DNA of 63,052 nt, the filler included, from Rhabdomonas costata (Eukaryota), in assembly GCA_019059605.1 (NCBI GenBank). It is 24 parts of 24 records of this genome, joined end to end, with 100 filler letters (N's around TTAATTAATTAA, not from the genome) between each part and the next. Parts side by side here need not be neighbours in the genome. Positions count along the whole stretch, not along the records: positions 21,073 to 23,602 come from JAHMHO010002981.1; positions 23,703 to 26,233 come from JAHMHO010002982.1; positions 26,334 to 28,864 come from JAHMHO010002983.1; positions 28,965 to 31,496 come from JAHMHO010002984.1; positions 31,597 to 34,126 come from JAHMHO010002985.1; positions 34,227 to 36,752 come from JAHMHO010002986.1; 18 more parts are not named here. One strand, 5' to 3'. Shown here in pieces: positions 21,249 to 34,323 of this stretch; the stretch's first letter is position 1, and every line of letters begins with the position of its first letter. Position numbers and translations under genes: made by a program. The notes beneath the pieces were generated by a model that was given only the letters and a program-made list of their open reading frames with translations, was not told the origin of the DNA and searched no databases.

Positions 21249-23544
21249 CCTCCACAGCCGAAAACGGTGCAGTTGGGGTCCGAGATCACAACGACAGGGG
21301 AATCATCCCCAAGCTCCACCTTCACCTGCAGGCGGTTCCCTGTCACTGGTCCAGGCCCGACCAGCGGCCCGCCCATGGGCAGCCAATGCAAGGGCTTCTG
21401 AAGGTCCGTTGGATCCACCTCGACCTCCTCGCTGCTGCTGCTGCTGCTGCTGCTATTGCCGCTAGTGATTGTGCTGGGGAGCAAAAAGACCACTAGCCTT
21501 TGCGGGCCCTCCGCCCAGTATATGGGCTCCAACTCGAAGCGCCGAGGCGTGATCACCACTGAGCTTGCTGTGAGTCAAGCCAAAAAAGCCACTGGGCAAG
21601 ACCTGCTCTTTCGATGTTTCAGCTAAACGGGCACCAACCTCGAATGTTTTGTATGTGTCAAGCGTAACAAATGAAAGCGTTGAAAGTCGTTGACATCTCA
21701 CCGACATCGCCGATAAACGGACTTGGTTTTGTTTGCAAGTTTGAAGGCTGCCCTGAACACGTCTTTGCCTTCACGTTCTACGTTAGGTATCACGCGCATT
21801 CACTCACAAGCAACAGCGATACTGCAGCATACATTTCTGGCGAACGCCCACGCGGTGAAAGGTGTTGTTCAGCACCCGCACAGGGGGCGGGTCAGGCATC
21901 CGCAGCACCACGAAGACCACGCTGCCCTCTCTGGCGCAGCAAACCCGTGCCACCCCCGCCGCGGAGCACGAGGAGCTCATCCCAGGCACAGGCACATCCT
22001 GCGGCTTGTCCGGATCCAAGCCAAACGCAGAGGACCATTCTCCCGCAATAGCGCTGCCCAGTGAACCGCTCGACGTGGGCTCGTCCCCGGCGCGCAGCTG
22101 GAGCTGAGGCCACTGCTTTGGATTCTGAAGGTCCACCTCCACCTTACCTGGCCAGGTGTCCCAGTCCACAGTCTGGCGGGCCGGAATGGCAAGGCCCTCG
22201 CTGGAGGCCCCGCTCGCGCCCGCGCAGTGCAGCCAGAACGTGCGGTCGGTCTGGTTGACAACTTGGAAAAGGGAATTCATCCGCACCACTCGGGTCTCGT
22301 AGAAGGGCCCGGGTCCAAGGTCGACGGAAACACCCAGCACGATGGACTGGGAGAGCGATGGAAGGTACGCGTGCAGGACCCCGCGAAAGCCAACCATGTC
22401 CATCGCCACGGGGCGGGTAAACTCGCTCTGCTGAATGCTAACTCGGAGGGATCCCCCGGTGGAGGAGCGCTTGCGTGTAGAGGCGATCATTACGGGTTCA
22501 TTGGGTGGGTCCCCCGTGGGAAGAGGCGCCGTCCAGGCGTGGTTATCAAACCGTATTTTGACCTGACTCCACGGCCAGCGGGTCTGGTTGAGCACCCAGT
22601 AGGGGCAGTGCAATCGGACCTGTCAAATACAACCCGAGCCTCACCCCTTCCCCTTCCCAAAGAAACGCAATTGCGGAGTCTTACTGTTCCCATAATTCAT
22701 GTTCGGATATTTATTGCCATGTTTCTCGTTCGGGCAACCTCTGCGAACAAGGGCACACCAAAGGCACGCAACTTCACATTGCATTTTCCTTGATCACTTG
22801 GCTTGGAAGAAAGAAAGAAGCACACCTCCATTGCCACTGGAGGCGGCGCACTCCCGCGGGACCCAGAAGAGCCCGAAGAAGAGAGCCGCTTCGCGTAGTG
22901 ACGGTATATGCACGTAGCACGAAAACTCAGCACCGAGGTTTCCGTCGATGGAGGTTGGGAGCTGAGGGAATTGCTGGAGGTCGGGCTCATTGGCCCACTT
23001 CGGGCAAGGCAGAGCAGGATGTCCGTTGTGGTCGTCACCCGACAAGCCAAAGAATCCTCCTCCGCAAGACCTGGCGCACTCCCCGTTCTGGACTTCGACG
23101 AAGGCCCCCTGAGGGTGACAAAGCTGGAAGGCTCAACGAGGCACCCCACTTGCCCGCCGAGGATACAGTACATGTTCAATGTCCGGCAGGGGTGCACGGC
23201 ATGCACTTTAATGGTCTCCCCACGCCCTAGCAGTTCACTGGTGTACAGCGGCGGCGCTGCACGCTGAGTGCTCCTTCCAGAGGGGCTCAGGGGAGCATCG
23301 CTGCCTGGTGTCGTCTCCGAAAGGCACACCGTGCAGGGAACGGCCAGGAGGTTCTGCACCACAACAGGGGCCCGGAACCTCACTGCAAAACCTGCGCTGA
23401 GCTGCGTGGGGTCCCCAGGGGTAACCTCGGCCAGAAGGTACGTAGGGATGGGGGAGGTGTCCCCGGAGCCCGCCGACTGCAGGGCTGGGCAGTAGACTGT
23501 GAAGATCTCTGTTGCCTCCTCGCGGCTGTACGGACGTCCTCGAT
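21249..23544 (-). CDS. VPS13: VPS13-family lipid transfer protein, adaptor-binding (VAB/SHR-BD) region, 3 exons
   Basis: Exons 23544-22826, 22619-21833 and about 21567-21249 join in phase (GT-AG). Repeated VAB motifs FRAPVVVQNLL, CPYWVLNQT, FQVVNQT, PPVRVLNNT...VRQK and PIYWAEG. A poly-Ser run is encoded by a trinucleotide repeat at about 21431-21453. Confidence 0.78.
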
Positions 23545-25049
23545 CTGTGCGAAAAGGAATGGCTGTGCTCCACTCAAAGGCACCCTGAATGGGAACGGGT
23601 CGNNNNNNNNNNNNNNNNNNNNNNNNNNNNNNNNNNNNNNNNNNNNTTAATTAATTAANNNNNNNNNNNNNNNNNNNNNNNNNNNNNNNNNNNNNNNNNN
23701 NNGGGGTGGGGAGGTGGTGTGGGGGATGTCCACCTCTCCGCTGTTCATACCTGCGCCCCCCTGTTCCTCTTCTGGTGTTGTTTGTTTGCGGAGCCACGTA
23801 CGTGCGGGAAAGGCCGGCAGGCTGCACTTCTGGGTGGCTGCTGCCTCCCACTAATTTCGGGGGCGAGCAGTTGGGTGGTTGGGGCAGTGATTTCCACGAG
23901 AACGGATGCTTGCAAATTAGTTCTAGGGTGGCCCCTAACAACCCCAATTTTTCAGCCAAAAATCTCTCCTGCCAGCCCACAAACAGATTTCTCCTTCCTC
24001 CTCGCTACAACCCTGTTGGGCGGTTGTTGGTCATTTTGGTTGGCCATCCCTATCCTTTGGAGGGAACGGTTCGTATGCAGGACTAGGCAAACAAGCTGGG
24101 CTGCCTGGACAAAATGGGTCAACTACAGGTATAAGGTACCCGCGAACAATCCAGAAATAAGTTACCTGCGGAAGCACGGGAGCGACGAAATAACACCAAT
24201 CGCACCGAAAGCTGATTGTAATTTTGGAAGAGGAAGTGGTGGGCCATGTATGGAGTGGGAGGCGAAATGAAAGGAGAGAGTGAGAGAGGAGAAGCAGAGG
24301 TACCACGCGACACACACGAATCCAAAGGTGAGAGTCCACAGCAAAAGGGTCCTACAGGGAGGAGGCCGGTTTTGGAACAAAGCGAGAGGGACTCAACCCG
24401 GCGCTCCGCAGAGAGTTCACGGCGCCAAGAGGGTGGCCGCGGTGGATGGTGAATAGGGGAAGCAATGCAAAGCATCCGTAAAACACAAACGCACCCCAAC
24501 AAACTAACACAAAACAAGCATACGATTAGTCCCCTCTCTGAGTGAGTTGGATCTGCCGATTGACACATTGGGGGCGGGGGGATGTGGTTTCCCACGTGCT
24601 CGCGGAAGAAAATGAGCGAAAGTGAGAAAGAGAGAGACAGTGTCTGTGCAGAAGCACGCGCACACAGACAAACGATAGATGGACGGGTGGAGGAGCGGAC
24701 TTATTCTCTTTTAAGCACATGTCAGTGCCGCAGAAGATTTTTGGGGGGGTTGCGTGGGGAAGTGGCGTCCGCAGAGGTTTGCACTCCATGCCGACCTGAA
24801 CGAGGACATGAATTGGTGGGCGGTTAAAGCAAGTGCCAGTACACGGACGTAGTTAGAATAAGGCAAGTGTTGTCCTTTTTGTATTCCCGGATATGCTATG
24901 ATAGCTGAGAGCAAGGTTTGTTCTGTTCGGGGATAGAGGCGGGGGTGTGTGTGTGTGTGATCCAGAACAAACCATTTTGCTTGATGATAGTTTGACCGGA
25001 CGCCGCGGCGTGGTTCATTGCCATTGGCTTCCTCGAAGCAGGCGGCCAT

Positions 25050-26087
25050 TCACTTGGAAGCGACGCTCCGCTGGCATTGCCGCAGCCGCTGTGCGAGGTC
25101 GGTGTGCCCGTGTAGCAACGCGCAGTCCGCGGGTGTGAGGCCGGAGTGGGTTAAAGCGGTGGGGTTGGCCTTGCGGGACAACAGCAACTCAGCCATCGCG
25201 GCATAGCCGTAGTACGCGGCCACGTGGAGAGGTGTGGACCCGCCGGCGTCTGGTGCATCCACAAAGGCTTTGGCATTCAGCAGCTTGGTTGCCACAGCGG
25301 CGTGGAGGTAGACAACGGCTTGGTGGAGTGCAGTATATTTGTCTCCGTTTTCGTTTACTGCGTCGAGCGCGGCCTGAAATCCAAAGCCAGGACCCCAAAA
25401 CCCCACGTCAGCGCATCCTCCCCTCAATTCTCTCCCTTGGCGTTTGTGGTGCTTGTGCTGTCTGAATGAGCAGGGGAAATGTACGCTTCAAAGGCCAATC
25501 CCTTCTCAAAGGGGATTCATGAGTGATGTCCAACAGTGCTGCGTGTGGTGGTGGGGACCAGAAAGGTTTGCGTGGATGGGCGGTTGGGTGGGCGGGGAGG
25601 GGTGCCTTGTGACGTGCGACATTCATTGCTTGGCGTGGCGGGTCGAGAAGGAGGACCATTCTTTATTGCAGCTGAGGTGAAAACTTGGTGCGCAGCGTGC
25701 TCTTACTACGGAAGGACTCTTCCCTTTCATTTCGTATTTTTTGTTTTTCTTCCCAGCAACTATCCTAAACCGGCTGTTTCAATATCAAAAAAAAAAGAGA
25801 CAGAGCTATGGGTTCATTTCACGGCCCAAAAGCCTACCAAATAAATAAAACAAACCTGAAACAAGACACAATATATGGAGAGGGTGTACCCCTGCACCGA
25901 TGAGTTCTTCGGTGACGTCCTCCCATCCGTGAATCCCCATATATTGCAGCGGGGTCATGTTCTCGCTTGACTCCTGGTTGACCTCGGGCTTGTTGCTTGT
26001 GCTCCTCAGAATCCTCAGCGCCTCGCTGCGGTTTTTTGCCATGCAAGCCTCCACCAAAGCTTTTCCCGCAGCAATGGACCGGGGTCC
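25050..26087 (-). CDS. Ankyrin-repeat protein, last two exons
   Basis: Exons 26087-25890 and 25373-25050 (GT-AG, phase 0). Motifs MTPLQY, YTALHQAV, GSTPLHVAAYYG and GLTPADCALLHGH. Ends at TGA. Confidence 0.9.
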
Positions 26088-26333
26088 CTGCGGAAGAAGC
26101 CAATTCGGAAAAACAGCGCGCAGCTTTCACGAAGGCAAGAGAAACATACAGTGCGCTTTGGGGGACAAAACATCGCCATCCAACACAAAAAACAGTAGTT
26201 CACCAGTATCGGTTTTTTTGATGCCCAACAAAANNNNNNNNNNNNNNNNNNNNNNNNNNNNNNNNNNNNNNNNNNNNTTAATTAATTAANNNNNNNNNNN
26301 NNNNNNNNNNNNNNNNNNNNNNNNNNNNNNNNN

Positions 26334-27650
26334 CGGGGACTTTGTGGGGCTGATGGAGCGGCTGCTGCCCGCGATCGCCACGGAGGCCAAGGCGGTGGGA
26401 AAGTAAGAGTGAGTCAGTGAGTGAGTCTGGGAAGAGGCAGGGAGTGTGAGAGGAAGCCGAACCAGGCGGTAGAGTTGGACATCGCTGGAAATCCCCCAAA
26501 ACTTTTTGTGTTACGGCTTACGGAGCATTTTGCACTTGCGCGACGGAAGCACGTGAATTGTAAAGAATTACTGAAGTCGCCGGAAGGTAAAAATAGGGTA
26601 TTAACATTATTTGAACCTTTTTGTACGGATTTCATTTATAAGATTTAAAACCCACTGGATAACACTGTTTGGTGCTGTTCTCGTAAAGCACTGAACAGGA
26701 AGTGCTTTACAAGAGCGGTTCTCCAGAAAAGAGTAAAATCCAAAGAAGAAAAGAGAATCTTCTCACGTAGGGGAAATGTAGAACTGCACAAATGCAGTGG
26801 ATCGGATGGGATTTTTTTGGCGCCATCCTGCTGCTTGTTGAGCGAACCGAGGTGTGACCAGCAGTGCAAAGGGGCTATGTTCCCCCCAACACTCTTTCCT
26901 CCTCCCTCTGTCTTCTTCGGACCCCGTTCTTCACATATTCGCACGCCCCCCCCCCACCTCTCTTTATCTTTCATTGGTCAATTTTCGTCCCGGACACCGG
27001 TTCTGTTGCCTTTGTGGAGCACCCCTTCCTCACCGGCAATGACCTTTCCACTGCCTCTCTTTGTATTGCTGCGGATGCGTGCGGGAATGAGGTAAAAGCG
27101 CACCCGCACCCGCACCCGCGCCCCTCGTTGCCTTCGCGACTCTCCCTCTGGTCCCTTTGTGTCTCTGACCCCCATTCGTTCTTCTTTTTTTGTGCCTGTA
27201 GATGCGTGCTCGTTCGACTTGTAAATGCTTTTTCCCGTTTTCTCCTCGGCAGAGGGCCATCCCCTCTGCGGGACCAAGGCTTATAATAGAGTAGCCCCCC
27301 CCTGATATCCGTGGGGTTTGATTCGTGATTGCTGTAGAACGGACGTTCTTTTTGGGGGGCTTCGGTCGCTGGGTGCTGTGCAGCGCGCAGTGTGCCTCCC
27401 CATGTGCGTGATCCAGACTGGATGGCATTAGCTTGTCCTTTTTAGGACTGGCCGTACTGAGCCTGTGATGGCCATTCGAGGCAGGAGATGGGGTGGGGTG
27501 GGAGGCTTAGGTAGTTTCAGCCTGTGGAGGAGTGCAGGAGGGCAGTCTGGGCTATTGCTGATATTTACGGTTTTCTTCCGAACCTTCAGCATCACGTCCA
27601 CCACAGCAAGGTCAACCGAACAAAGACTCTCCATGCCTGTTCCACAGTAG
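26334..27650 (+). CDS. 3' end of a hypothetical protein (3 candidate exons)
   Basis: Candidate exons 26334-26402, 27020-27091 and 27590-27650 join in phase through GT-AG and end in TAG: GDFVGLMERLLPAIATEAKAVGN-TPSSPAMTFPLPLFVLLRMRAGMS-ITSTTARSTEQRLSMPVPQ*. No domain recognised. Confidence 0.3.
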
Positions 27651-29579
27651 TTATTCAGCCTTTCCCTTTCCTGAAGTTCATTCATTCAATGCACTTCAGG
27701 AATGCAGGAATGCACTGTTGGATCGTGCGACCTTTTAAAATCTATCCTTTTCGCTTTTGCTGTAAATTTAGTTGCACTCGAGAAACGGCTGCCGCCCCAC
27801 AGCTTGCTCACGCCTGATCCAAAGACCCTTAGATCGACCCGCAGTTATGGCATCATGGTGTTGCTTCTGTGTACATTTAAGATCAGTTCGGAGAGAAATG
27901 GCATCAAAAATGTCGGGAGCGCGACGTTGGACTTTGCGAACGCGAGGACGAAGGTGTCATCAAACGCGAAGGCTGATCAATGGGACTCACAGACGCGCAT
28001 GCAACTTACTGTTCTCTCTCTCTTTCTTGAAGAGCTTTTCTTCCCCTCCCTCCTTCCCTCCTCAAAAGTGTACATATGAAGAGTCCCATGGAGCACAGGT
28101 GATCCTGAGCTTTGAGAGGTGTGTCGCGGGGGAGTGTGTTGCCCTTGCCCGCAGTGCACCTTCCAAAAATGTGGGAAAGGTTTCATGGGCAGCTGTGTGT
28201 GTGCATGTCTTCCCTTTTGTTTCGTGCATGCGTGCAGCAGCATTAGTGGGGTTTCATGTGTAGGGAACCACGTTGGTGTTTGGGCCCAGAGCCTGGCTTC
28301 CTCTGACTTAACCTCAACTCAGAAACGCAGAATATCTCTCAGTCAGGCGCTAAAGCGCCCGCTGTCCTGTCTTGCTTTTTAACGTAGTAGTAACGGAGCG
28401 CTTGACCCTGTCAAGTGTACAACAACTGGCGGCAAATTGCCCCACATTGTGTCCTTCATCTTCACTGTTGAACGGGCCCAGTTGGTTTACCTCAAAGCTA
28501 ATTGTTTCCGGCCCTCATCCGTGTTCTCACGTGTAGCTCTGTTTGGTAACTGGTTCGTGTTCAGAAAAGTTCGCCTTAATTTCTTGAAGCGGCTCCTCTC
28601 ATCCGTTGCCGCTATTGCGTGGAACACAAAACCTGAACCGGGTGCCCAAAATGAACCGAACCCGTCCTTGCGAATTTTTTGCGCATTCACAACACTTTGC
28701 ACTGACAGGTTGGGATAGGCGGGGAGGCACGCTCCCCCGATGCGGGCATTGGAAAGGCTGGGGAGCAATGGCAGCGGTAACGGCTTCTTTGTATGCCCCA
28801 CTCAGGCTTCTCTCTCCTTTTTCCTCCCTTCTGCTTCGGGAAGAATGAAATGAAAACCAACAACNNNNNNNNNNNNNNNNNNNNNNNNNNNNNNNNNNNN
28901 NNNNNNNNTTAATTAATTAANNNNNNNNNNNNNNNNNNNNNNNNNNNNNNNNNNNNNNNNNNNNGGTTTGTGTGAACTGTTGTGAACTGTCATGACCTGT
29001 TGTGCACTGTGAAAAAGCGTCGTTTCGAGCTCTGTGGACTGTCTGTGAACTGTAGTTCTCGGGGGTAACGGTAAACAAAATAATTATGAGAAGCCCCGAT
29101 CAACTGTATAGTTAGGTGAATTAGGCACTCCCAACCCCCCCTTGCACCCTTTCAAGTACATGCTTGCAATTTCGGCACCAAATTTGGTGACTTCAAACAT
29201 GTTTTGGGGGAAAGGCACCAAACGTTTTTTTCAAACATCAAGAGAGGTCACGGCAGCAGCGCACAGGTTGTTCATGGTCCGGGCCATAGGCAATGCAATA
29301 ACTTACACTGGCAACGAAGGAAAAGCGTTCGGTGGAGAATGCGTGAAGGTCAAATGATCATAGAGGGAAACTAGAAAGAAAAACACGGACAACACGCGCC
29401 GTGGATGCGGTGTGAAGGCACCAAACATCCGTATGTTAGGAGTGCTGAGCGGGAAAAGCAACGACTGGTAAGGCTGACGAAGGATGGACGAACCCAAAAC
29501 AATGAGAACGAAACACAAAGCACTCGCAGAACGCAGAACACTGAACACTAAGCACGGGGGATCGGCAACCCCTCTGTTC

Positions 29580-30420
29580 GCCCAGAGTGGTGGGGAGTAC
29601 AGCCCAACTCAGCTGCCTGCCCACCGCCTTCGCCACTGCAACCGACACCCTGCTCCAGAGTGCGGAGTAAACATTTGAGAGACTCCCTGATTGGCATGAG
29701 CGGTAGGCCCGAAAGAGCCGTCGGGGAAAATCCGTGGACTCGGGGCCCAGTGCTGGGCAGGGAGCTACCGTCAGCCAGGCGCTGGCGTGAGGTTGGGCCT
29801 GGCAAAGAAGCCGACAGTGTTCTCTGTGTTCGGCGGCCCGCATCTCCGCTCACTTACAGGTTGCTCCATGAACTTTTTTTTTGCTTCCCAAGAGGTGCCC
29901 ACTCCTGGGAGTGAGTGGCTCCAAGTTGCCTGGAATGTATCGGAACAACCCCCCAAGAGGGTATGGATGTGACGCGCGGTGTCCAAGAACTCCAAGAGGC
30001 CGGCTCCAACCCACATTGCGTCGCAAGCAAAAGTGAGCGAGCTCGCCAGGAACGCTGCATCGCCACTGGATCAAGGATCCAAGCCCGCCTAAGGAAAGGG
30101 ATATGCCTTTGAACATTGGGAGTGGGTTAACTGGGAACCCAAGCATTAACTGAGAGCATTGCGGACAAAGTCCTAGCACGCCTGCAAGATGTGCTCTAAC
30201 ATAGCAAACGGAATCGTGCGTGCAGCACATGTCAATTTACAAACAACAAGGCACAAGCGGAGCAGCAGCAAAGCGGTCTGAGAGCACTCAAGGGCACAAA
30301 GTCTCTCCAAAAAATGCTCAAAGCCATGTGTCAGCTTGTGGCAGTAATCCTCGAAATGAGACGGAGGGCCAACATAGGAGCCCAAGATCTGCAACCATTG
30401 ACAGAGTGGGACGTACGTCA
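29580..30420 (-). mobile_element. Decayed CRE/SLACS-like non-LTR retrotransposon fragment (end of RT and downstream region)
   Basis: Across shifted frames: ILGSYVG...LCALECSQTALLLLRLCL...KLTCAARTIP, ISLSLGGLG, RLLCQAQPHASAWLTVAPCPALG and LWSRVSVAVAKAVGRQL, in the order known for CRE-clade elements. Frameshifts, stops and an apparent internal deletion are present. Confidence 0.75.
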
Positions 30421-30689
30421 TGCGATGCAGCAGAGAACCGTGTGGAAAGAGCGACATATCACCCCAAACACGAGGTTTTTGTTATGATAAAAAACCGGTT
30501 TCTTTCCTCTGCTCGCGTGACGATCTAGCACGCGGTGCTTCCAATCTTCAGGAAGAGGATTTAGTCATTCAGCACAGAGGTGGCTGACGTGCGAGATAGG
30601 GGTACGTTGCACCATGAATACCACCCCACCAGTACTGAATTGACATCACATGGACCTGTGGGGGGAGGGGGGTGTGCGATTTACGTGAG

Positions 30690-31187
30690 ATTATGCTCGG
30701 ATCTTCCATCGGGTGTGGGCTTTGTTTTGCTTTAACTGTGTCCAACCGTACCTATACCGGAACAGGGGCAGTGGATGTTGTTGTTAGCTCTCTGATTTCC
30801 CAACAATCGTGGACGTGGAAATATACTGTATCGCTGGCATTGCTTCTGCCTTTTTGGGGTGAGCAAAATAACCGATTATGAATGTTCCATGCACCGACTG
30901 ACTGGATGCTCTCACTTGCCATTTTCAACCTTCGTATTATTCTCCTCAGCACTCTGCCGACCCCACTGTCACGGGAAGCGAGGGCACATTTCAGCGAGCC
31001 GCGGGGTTTTGTTCTGCTCTTGTTGTTTTTCCTGTCTGGATATTTCCATTCCAGCTATGTTGTTTTCTTGTTATTTAGGCAGATCCTTGCATTTTCCAGC
31101 TTACGGGTTTTTCCGTTTTTTTTTGCAGGCTGGCCGAATTTCAGTTTCCTTGCCCACGCGAGGGAGCTTCCAATGCCGACGGCACAG
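30690..31187 (+). CDS. Candidate small exons of an unknown gene
   Basis: 30690-30712, 30788-30858 and 31129-31187 join in phase through GT-AG: YARIFHR-LSDFPTIVDVEIYCIAGIASAFLG-LAEFQFPCPREGASNADGT. Confidence 0.25.
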
Positions 31188-31326
31188 GTTGTGTCATCGT
31201 GTGGTATCGTTTTCCAGTTGAAAACAAGAGGAATCGCGGAGGAACGATATCTTGTTGATATCCTTTCTGGACGCAGCGCTGTGGTTTCATCCCAAAAGAA
31301 ATGTTTCGACTATGATATCTGGTGGA

Positions 31327-31491
31327 GCCTCAAACATCTGATGGCCAGACGAACTTTCGTTTTCGATGGCGATGTTCTGAGGGAATGAACAATGAACGGT
31401 GACGACATGGTCCTCACGATGCATAACTTCATGATGGAAGGAACATCGCCATCGAAAACGAAAGTTCGTCTGGCCATCAGATGTTTGAGGC
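31327..31491. repeat. 51-bp perfect inverted repeat (fold-back) at contig end
   Basis: 31327-31377 is the reverse complement of 31441-31491, which ends 5 nt before the linker. Confidence 0.92.
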
Positions 31492-31704
31492 CCCACNNNN
31501 NNNNNNNNNNNNNNNNNNNNNNNNNNNNNNNNNNNNNNNNTTAATTAATTAANNNNNNNNNNNNNNNNNNNNNNNNNNNNNNNNNNNNNNNNNNNNGGTG
31601 GGTGTTGTCCCGAGCCAATATGTCCAGGAGGGGTGACGCGCGGTTCTCAAGGAGGTCATCTGCGGTTTCCGAGAAAATGGACAAAGGCCCTCCTTTCTCC
31701 AACT

Positions 31705-31791
31705 TTATCATTTCTGCTCTCTTCAAGCTCCCTCACGCTGACCCTTTGTGCATGCTATCCCGAGGGAGCTTGAAGAGAGCAGAAATGATAA
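31705..31791. repeat. 30-bp perfect inverted repeat
   Basis: TTATCATTTCTGCTCTCTTCAAGCTCCCTC (31705-31734) and its reverse complement (31762-31791), with a 27-nt loop. It lies in presumed TM9SF intron sequence. Confidence 0.9.
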
Positions 31792-31958
31792 TAGAGAGAG
31801 TCTTGGCACAGCTCAACAAAACAACAACAGGTTTCGTGAGAATACCTAATCCTTTCGGGAGAAACTCAAGAATGCCACACACAAAGGAAAAGAAAAAGTT
31901 CTAAGGCAGTCCGTCCTTCTAACAATGAAAAAGATCGCAGGAGGCTGCCGTCACAGAC

Positions 31959-32922
31959 CAGCGCAGGAGATGCACAGCGTCACGAAAACCACGGCGAAAA
32001 ACCCGAAGACGTAATAAAATCTGTTCAGCCAGAGCGAGCTCAGGATAAAGTACAGCTCCACGTAGGCCGCGCCAAAGGACACAGCCCCAGCACCAAGATA
32101 CACCACAAACGGCCTAAAGCAAAACACAAAAGAACGCTTCCCACACAGATGACTTTACAATTCTTGGTGATCAGTAAGAAGGCAGAAAGCATGGATCAAA
32201 ACGCGCCAAAATAAGGCTAGCTCCACCCCAAAACTGAGAGATAGTCTGCCACATTCCGAATAGAAGTCTTTGTTACCTAGTTTTGTACCGCTGGTCTCAC
32301 ACCTGTAGGTGCATAACTGATCTGGGCGGGCTTGATTTCGAGTCTTTTATACAGTTCTCAATAGGAGCGTTGCCGGACAAAACCTGAAGTTTATGAACGG
32401 TCATAGTGAAGAAGCTCGTCATCGGAAAAAAGGGAGCCCAGTCACCCACGATGAGTGTGTTACATGCTTGAAACAGAAGTAATTTTGCACTGATTGTTTG
32501 GTACCAGCCCTTGAACGTCTGCTCTGTCTGCTCCAACAAAAGTCTCAGTTTACGGTGGAGCCTACTATAATCGCAACACAAATGATACGGAGAACAAGGG
32601 AAATGCTGCCGCTGCCTCTTTCCGGACCCGGGAGCCATTCCATTCAGGCCGCCGAGACGATAAAAAATCTCATACCATTCCAAGGAGAGCTGCAGCCACC
32701 GACGCAGACAACGGACAACCGCCAGCTAGAAAAAAGGTACGAAAACAAGTGGGTGGAAGGATGTGGGAGACAGGCGTACTCGACTAAGCAAGAGCCCGGC
32801 CTGGGCGGGACCCCCCGGGGGATCTCGTTCACGGGCTTGGGGTGAGTCGCCCGCTCCAGCCTGTATCCCGTGACTGCTCCAATGAACACCAGAGGGATGG
32901 AGACAAAGAACCAGAGCCCGAC
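31959..32922 (-). CDS. Transmembrane 9 superfamily (TM9SF/EMP70, nonaspanin), two internal exons
   Basis: Exons 32922-32780 (VGLWFFVSIPLVFIGAVTGY...PVNEIPRGVP) and 32113-31959 (PFVVYLGAGAVSFGAAYVELYFILSSLWLNRFYYVFGFF...CISCA), joined by a phase-2 GT-AG intron. Confidence 0.92.
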
Positions 32923-34323
32923 CTGCAGGAGACGTGGCCACCAGCCACCACGGGAAGAAATCGTCAACGGTGAGCATACAGAGTTACTTGCCATCTTACC
33001 GTCACACCGCCACGTCGCAGATATCTAAAGCCCGCACAGCAACAGTGCACGTCAAAAGCGGGGACGACGTGCAGGCAAGCTCGCCAACGTGCGACACAAG
33101 AGATGGAGGGTTGGAGTGACTGGAACTCAGACGAAAGGCAAACAAGGCAGGTAACCAGCTAACCAGCGCAGAGAGCAGTAAACAAGCAACTGCTCAAGTG
33201 AAGGCACTCGAAGCGCGCGCGGTTATCGGAAGAATATATCCGAGCCATCGACGAGTGCAGGGCTCGGCCTTGTCTAGTAGCTATCCCAATCCGTCTCTCT
33301 TTCATGGCTTCAATATACCAGGCTGAGCAAGGTTTCAAATGGCACCGCAGAGGAGGCGCCCTTGTGCCAGAGCATCAGGTTCAGCCCGAAGAACACCACA
33401 AAGACCTAAACCCAAAACCCAGCGCAAGGATAGGAAGCAACGCAACGCGTGCGTTGCACGCCAACCGTGGGCACACGTTAACAGCAACGTGCCGTTGCGT
33501 GCCAGTTTCAATAGATGTTCATGAATCCCCTGTCCTAACTTTATGTGCTTCGCCTGTAGTAACTAATATCCAGATCTCAGAGGAAGTTCAAGGGGGTAAC
33601 AGCGCTAATATAATAAATTGTTGAGAGGGGACAAAACCCCGCAACTCAGCAGCAGCTAGCAAAAGGCCATGTCTTGGCAGAACCACTCAAGCTAGCGAAA
33701 AGTACCTTTCCTGGGAGCCACAGCCCAGTCCACAAGATTGCCAGCCACGACCGGCAGGCGAAGAACATCCTGTTGTGTGTTCAGGATTGCACAGAATCCC
33801 ATAAAGGAAGCAGCAGGAAAGTTATCATTCCAATATCATTTGAACGCTTCGACATGGCTCGAAAATCGGCAATGGAGTCCCACCTGACGTCCGCCCGCTT
33901 CTAAAAGAAAAAAACACCCACAGCGTGTGACTAAACTTTGAGATAGTTTTTCTTATTTAACGGTCTTTCTCAGCTGTGGGCTTTCTTGGTGTTCTCTCGC
34001 TAATAGCTAAACTTTGGATTCTGAAGTCAACGCCTGCTGAAGTCTGATATGGCGGACGGTCCCCCTCACCTCCGATTGTACAATGCTTTTCATAGAAATG
34101 ACGGCAACATGGCTACACCATTGTCTNNNNNNNNNNNNNNNNNNNNNNNNNNNNNNNNNNNNNNNNNNNNTTAATTAATTAANNNNNNNNNNNNNNNNNN
34201 NNNNNNNNNNNNNNNNNNNNNNNNNNTAGCTTTTGCCCTCCACCTCGTGGTCCCCTTGACTCAGCTTGCTCTGCGGGTGTGGGTGTGACGCGTCGCGTGC
34301 GTGCGGGGGCACTTTGCGGAGAG

